Origin: Amoebophrya sp. A120 | Taxonomy: Eukaryota > Protista > Dinoflagellata | Direction: 5' to 3' | DNA length: 64,000 nucleotides | Assembly (NCBI GenBank): GCA_905178155.1 | Contig: CAJINV010000016.1 | Coordinates: forward strand, 62,001 to 126,000 | Translations under genes and position numbers: made by a program | Notes under the pieces: model-generated | What the model was told of the DNA's origin: nothing | Databases searched by the model: none | What the model saw: only the letters and a program-made list of their open reading frames with translations | Shown: one piece after another, positions 59,836 to 64,000 of the stretch | Layout: each line of letters opens with the position of its first letter | How positions within the stretch are numbered: position 1 is the stretch's first letter

Positions 59836-62800
59836 CTACTGCCAATTCCCGCGGTACTTGGCCTTGTTTTCCGCAAAGTACGCCACCATTTTTCCCAGAT
59901 CTTGCTCCGAGTCCAGCGTGTGGCTCTGCATCATCGGCAGCAAAAACGAATCCGTCGACTTCTTGTACTTTTCGTAGTAATTTTCGTCGGCAAACAGGGC
60001 CCGGCACTCCGCCGCGAGCACCCCCTCCGCGTTGTTGCGGCGTTCCATCTGCAGCGTATGGAAGCGTCAGGTTTGAACTCGACAAAGTTGAAATAGTTTG
60101 TCATGCATAAAATGCGAGGCATGAAGTGCCTGTCTTGCCGGGATGGCAAGTGAGGCCGACTGTCAGCCCGTTTAGGGTTTGAAATAGAGCTGCTAAAGTA
60201 GCATGACAAAAGAAGTCGCCTGCGCCCAAACAGCATGGTAAATTGGATTCCGGTGCTCGGAAAATTTGTCATGCACCGCATGGAAATTGGGCTTCTAACT
60301 GGCATCGATTTTATGCATTGCAAGTTATTTCAATCATGACGATTTCAATCCTGACACTTCCATACGGTGTGCAGTTAGCGTAGAAATTCGCCAGCACGTC
60401 CTTGTCGGCGCGGGACTGCTTCTGGTAGGTGCTGATCCGTTTCGCCCCGTACACCAGCATGACCACCCGGTCGTTCTCCTTGCTGCCCGTCATGGTGATG
60501 GAGTTGAACACCGTCTGCAGGGCCGGCGGCGCGGCCGAGCCCGCGGGGAAGTCAATCATGTCGTGCTGCATCATCCAGGCGGTGAGCTGCGACAGGTCCC
60601 GCCCGAGCGTCGAAGCCTCCAGCGTTTTGCAATTCGGAAATTGGTCCGCGAAGAGCAACGGCAAACACAAGATCGGGATGCCCCGCGACGTCGCCTCCGT
60701 GACGCCCCCGACCCCGCAGTGGGCGAGAAAGGCCATTTTCAGCTTCCGGTTGTTGTGCTGCAGGGTGTAGTCGGCAAACGCGTCGAAAATGTCCTTTTGC
60801 GGCGCGAAGGGCATCAATTTCACGTTTTCGGGGACCGCAAACCGCGGGTTGCGCTGGAACAGTTGCTCGTAGGTCATGTTGTTCTTCAACTGCGGCTTCA
60901 CGAAGTAAACAAAGACCTTCTTCCGGTTCCCGAAACCGTCGTTCTGGCTCAGATTTTCCCCCAGTTCGCGCAGCAAATACAAGATTCCCTCTTGGGAAAA
61001 TTCAAACCCTTGGGACCCGAAGGAAACGTAGACGAAGTGCGTGTAGCGGTTATCCTGAGTAAAAACGTACCCACACCAGAGTCAAGCTGGGAAATCTGCT
61101 AGACAAATCCGTCAGCTTTTGCTGTTGCGCATGACAAGTTTGGCCTCGCAGTGTAATCCTGTTTAGCTTGTTCAGAAGCATCACAGTTCTAGCATATCAT
61201 GCTGATTCTAGCATCACAAATCCCACAACACGACTAGAGACTGCTTCTCATGGGTCTCCGCATGAGAAACATTTTCAGCATGCAGATTTGCATTACAACT
61301 CTGGGGTGGGGACGTTTTTACAAATGATAGCGGTTCTGCTCAAGTTCTTGTTTGATCATCGAAATTTCCGGCAGTTCCGTCTTCTTCTCGAACCCCGGCC
61401 CCACCTTCGGAAAGTGCGCTAAGTGGCCCATGACCACCGCTATGGGCGCGAGCTCTCTTCCGGTGAAATTGTTCGTCACTTTGAAGGCGTTGAGGGGTTC
61501 GTTTTGAAAAATCACGTCCTTCTTCACGCAGTAATACCCGCTCTTCTCCTCGGTCGGCGCGAAATAGTGGAGTAACGGGATGACGTTCTGCACAATCAGC
61601 GGGATTTTCGAGAAGTTGTAGCCTATCAAACGTAAAAGTGTCTGGGTCTGGAAGATTCTGAGACTTGTCATGCATGTTTTGCATTGGCCATGACGTCTGT
61701 GATGCATGCCCTAGCATCACAGATTTTTTGAGGGCTTCGCGATGCCTATTCCTAATGACAAATGCCCTCTCCGTGTAGCAAAAATTGCATTCCCTTTGCT
61801 GCTCATGCAATCCAGATTTTTTTGGGATCCAAATTCAGCATGACAAGTTGCATTCTTTCAGGCCCAGACATTTTTACATTTGATATAGCCGCATTTTTTC
61901 CAATTCTCGACAACATCCGTCCGTCCCTCCGGGTGGATTTTTGCCGAAGACAGATTCCCCGCGTACATCACCATGGCCGAGTCTTCGAAGCTGGCGTGCG
62001 TCAGCAGGCGCCGGAAGTCAAACAGCCCCTCGCAGTAGAGCGAGTCGGCGACGATCAAGTCGCAGTCCTGGCCCTGGAAAAGAAACTCCGCGATCCAGTG
62101 GCCGAAGGCCTCCTCCCCGTAAATGTTGTCGAAACTCAGCCGCCGCTCCGCCAGCTTTTCCAGGATGTCTTGTTTCGCCTCGTGGCCCACGGGAATTGCT
62201 TCGGAGTTGATGAACCGCTTCGGCGCAAGCCGCACGCCCGCCTGGTACAGCTTCTTCAGCACGCTCTTCGGCGGCGTGAAGTCCAGGGCCCGGTAGTCGA
62301 GTTGCTCGTCGAGTATGGAGTTCTCAAATGTTACATTCTCAACTGTTGCATGAATTTGCAATGCATGAACGGCAAAAGCGAAAGGGGGACAATTGCGCCT
62401 CTAGCATTACAAAATCCGCACAGATTTAAACGCTGTTTAGCCCTCCAGGAATTTGTCATGCGAAGTCGCTTCACCCGACCCTGTGGATGTTGATGTTGAT
62501 TTTGCATGACAAATCGTGTGAGCAGTTGAGAATGTAACAGTTGAGAACGCCATATCGAACGCCAGGTCCTTGTGCCCCAGCGGGACCTGCAGCTTGGAGC
62601 AGAAGGGGCTAGTTGCGTTCAAGGTGGAAAATTTCATGCGGTCGTTGAAGGTCAATGCGTCCACGTCTTCGGCAACGTAGAGGTTCTTGCCGCCAGTGTG
62701 GTCCTCCCGAAGCACGAGTGTGCAGTAGTTGAAAGCGAAGGTTTATCCTGTGCAAAAGCAACATCTTCGCGGAGGTCGTAGTACAAATAAATTGCAATGA

Positions 62801-63459
62801 TCCTGCAACAAGACAGATGTCTCTCGTATTAAAGGGAAATCAGTATCGTAGACGCCAGCGCCACTTTTCAGATTAGGAATAACAATAAAAACATTTTTCT
62901 GTATGCAGTCGTTTCTATGTACTTACTACGAAGATAGCTGCGATGCTTCAACTTTTGCAATGCGTAAAACCACCTCGTACAGCAGGTACCCGTCCCGGTT
63001 CTTCTGGTTGGCCAGGTAAATCATCGCGTCGTATCAAATGCAAAAGTGTCTGGGTCTGGAATATTGCCGGGTTTGTCATGCATATTTTGCATGACCCAGG
63101 ATGTCTGCAATGCACGACCCAGCATCACAGATTTTTAGAGGGCCTTCTGCTGCCTACTCCGCATGACAAATGCCCTCCCCGCGTAGCACAAAATGACCTC
63201 CTCTTGCTGGTCATGCAATGCAGATTTTTCTAGAGTCTAAAGTTAGCGTCACAAGTTGCAACCTTCCAGACCCAGACATTTTTGTAGTTGATACGTCGTA
63301 AGCCTGAGACATCTCCGTCTTGGACGTGCTGAGAAACAGAATCCGGGTCGGTTCGATTTTTCGACTGTCCTTCCGGTCCGCCACATGAAAGGGCAGGGCG
63401 GCAAGGTCGTAGAAATCTGCGTCGGTGACGGTGGTCGGAGAATCGATGTGAGGGCCGTG
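59836..63459 (-). CDS. UDP-glycosyltransferase (GT1 family); 5' exon(s) unresolved, possibly up to ~63870
   Basis: TRILFLS..YEV(T/V)FAF, CDLIVADS, FVYVSFGS, NVKLMPFAPQKDIF..AFLAHCGVGGVTEATSRGIPILCLPLLFADQFPN (UGT signature). Confidence 0.88.
60057..60364. mobile_element. TIR introner, family C
   Basis: TSD CAGCG/CGGTG. Confidence 0.9.
61051..61329. mobile_element. TIR introner, family D
   Basis: Homologous to 38981-39259, same 279-bp length; TSD GCGGT. Confidence 0.93.
61624..61885. mobile_element. TIR introner, family A
   Basis: TSD TAGCC. Confidence 0.92.
62314..62554. mobile_element. TIR introner, family H
   Basis: TATGGAGTTCTCAAATGTTACATTCTCAACTG inverted, TSD TCGAG/TCGAA. Confidence 0.9.
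62744..62966. mobile_element. Decayed family-B introner, TSD lost
   Basis: TATCCTGTGCAAAAG / CTTTTGCAATGCGTA; removal of the element plus 5 nt still restores the frame. Confidence 0.7.
63032..63293. mobile_element. TIR introner, family A
   Basis: TSD CGTCG. Confidence 0.93.
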
Positions 63460-64000
63460 CTATAAGCGTGCACAACCACTCCTGATCTTGTTGTTTCCCC
63501 ACAACGATTTTTTTCTCATTTCTCATGCAAAACAACAAAGAATTGGGCTGTCAGCATCTGCGTACTTATTTCTATTGGTGGAGGCATCGTCCAGTTCTAC
63601 GCGACGCATGAAGCTGCTATGTAAGCGATACACGACTTCTGCGTTTGCCGCTGTTGCTGCTCATAGGTTTTTGAAATGAGAAAAAAGGAAAAATAAGTAT
63701 TGAAAAAGGTGGTAGTTGTGCCGTCTCATACTCCCGGGACCTTCTTGGGCTTTTGCTTTTTCTTGGCTTTGCTCAGCCTGTACTCGAAGGAATAATATGA
63801 GTGTGAAAAAGACTACTGAAGACTCTTTTACCGGATAATTTGGTGATGTAGTCAATGTCGTGCCTGACAAAATGCATCAAGATCTCGTCTGTGACAAGTT
63901 GTTTCAAGGGTTTGCTAGATGAACTTACTGGGCGGAAAAGGAAAACTGCACACCTTCATACTTCTTGCTCGCGCACGACCACATCACAAATCAGTCGGAG

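Noticed and set aside
10830-63293. Recurring peptides such as LPDPDIFAFD, QMQKCLGLE and CKSIVLV as a protein repeat family
   Set aside because: They are translations of introner TIRs, not coding sequence.
1-64000. Autonomous transposase, rRNA, tRNA or dinoflagellate spliced-leader relic
   Set aside because: None recognised by eye; tRNAscan, Infernal and HMM searches would be needed to exclude them.

Overview
Eukaryotic nuclear DNA, not prokaryotic. All seven genes I could reconstruct lie on the minus strand. They are interrupted by about 50 non-canonical introns, each a short (~140-340 bp) terminal-inverted-repeat (TIR) element of the form [5-bp target-site duplication, TSD]-TAT...ATA-[5-bp TSD]. 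This closely matches the introner-invaded, co-oriented genomes known for the parasitic dinoflagellate relative Amoebophrya (Syndiniales); the taxon is my inference. Removing each element plus one TSD copy restored the reading frame at every junction I translated by hand. The genes are: (1) a large Cys-rich surface protein (~2.6-14.7 kb); (2) a coiled-coil protein (16.9-21.1 kb); (3) a ~4,420-aa Strawberry-notch (SBNO) helicase running in frame into an ASCH domain and an FG/Q-rich tail (24.4-43.1 kb); (4) a BPNT1/IMPase phosphatase fused to an ecdysteroid/choline-kinase-like domain; (5) LRRC49; (6) a single-pass membrane protein; (7) a UDP-glycosyltransferase. Also present are a 686-bp hairpin-bearing MITE and five ~0.8-1.4 kb GC-rich islands, three of them bracketed by 36-49 bp duplications of host sequence. 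Those three may be a new insertion class or gap-filling artefacts. No transposase, rRNA, tRNA or CRISPR was recognised. Family letters A-K are my own labels, TSDs are given on the + strand, and coordinates were read by eye.
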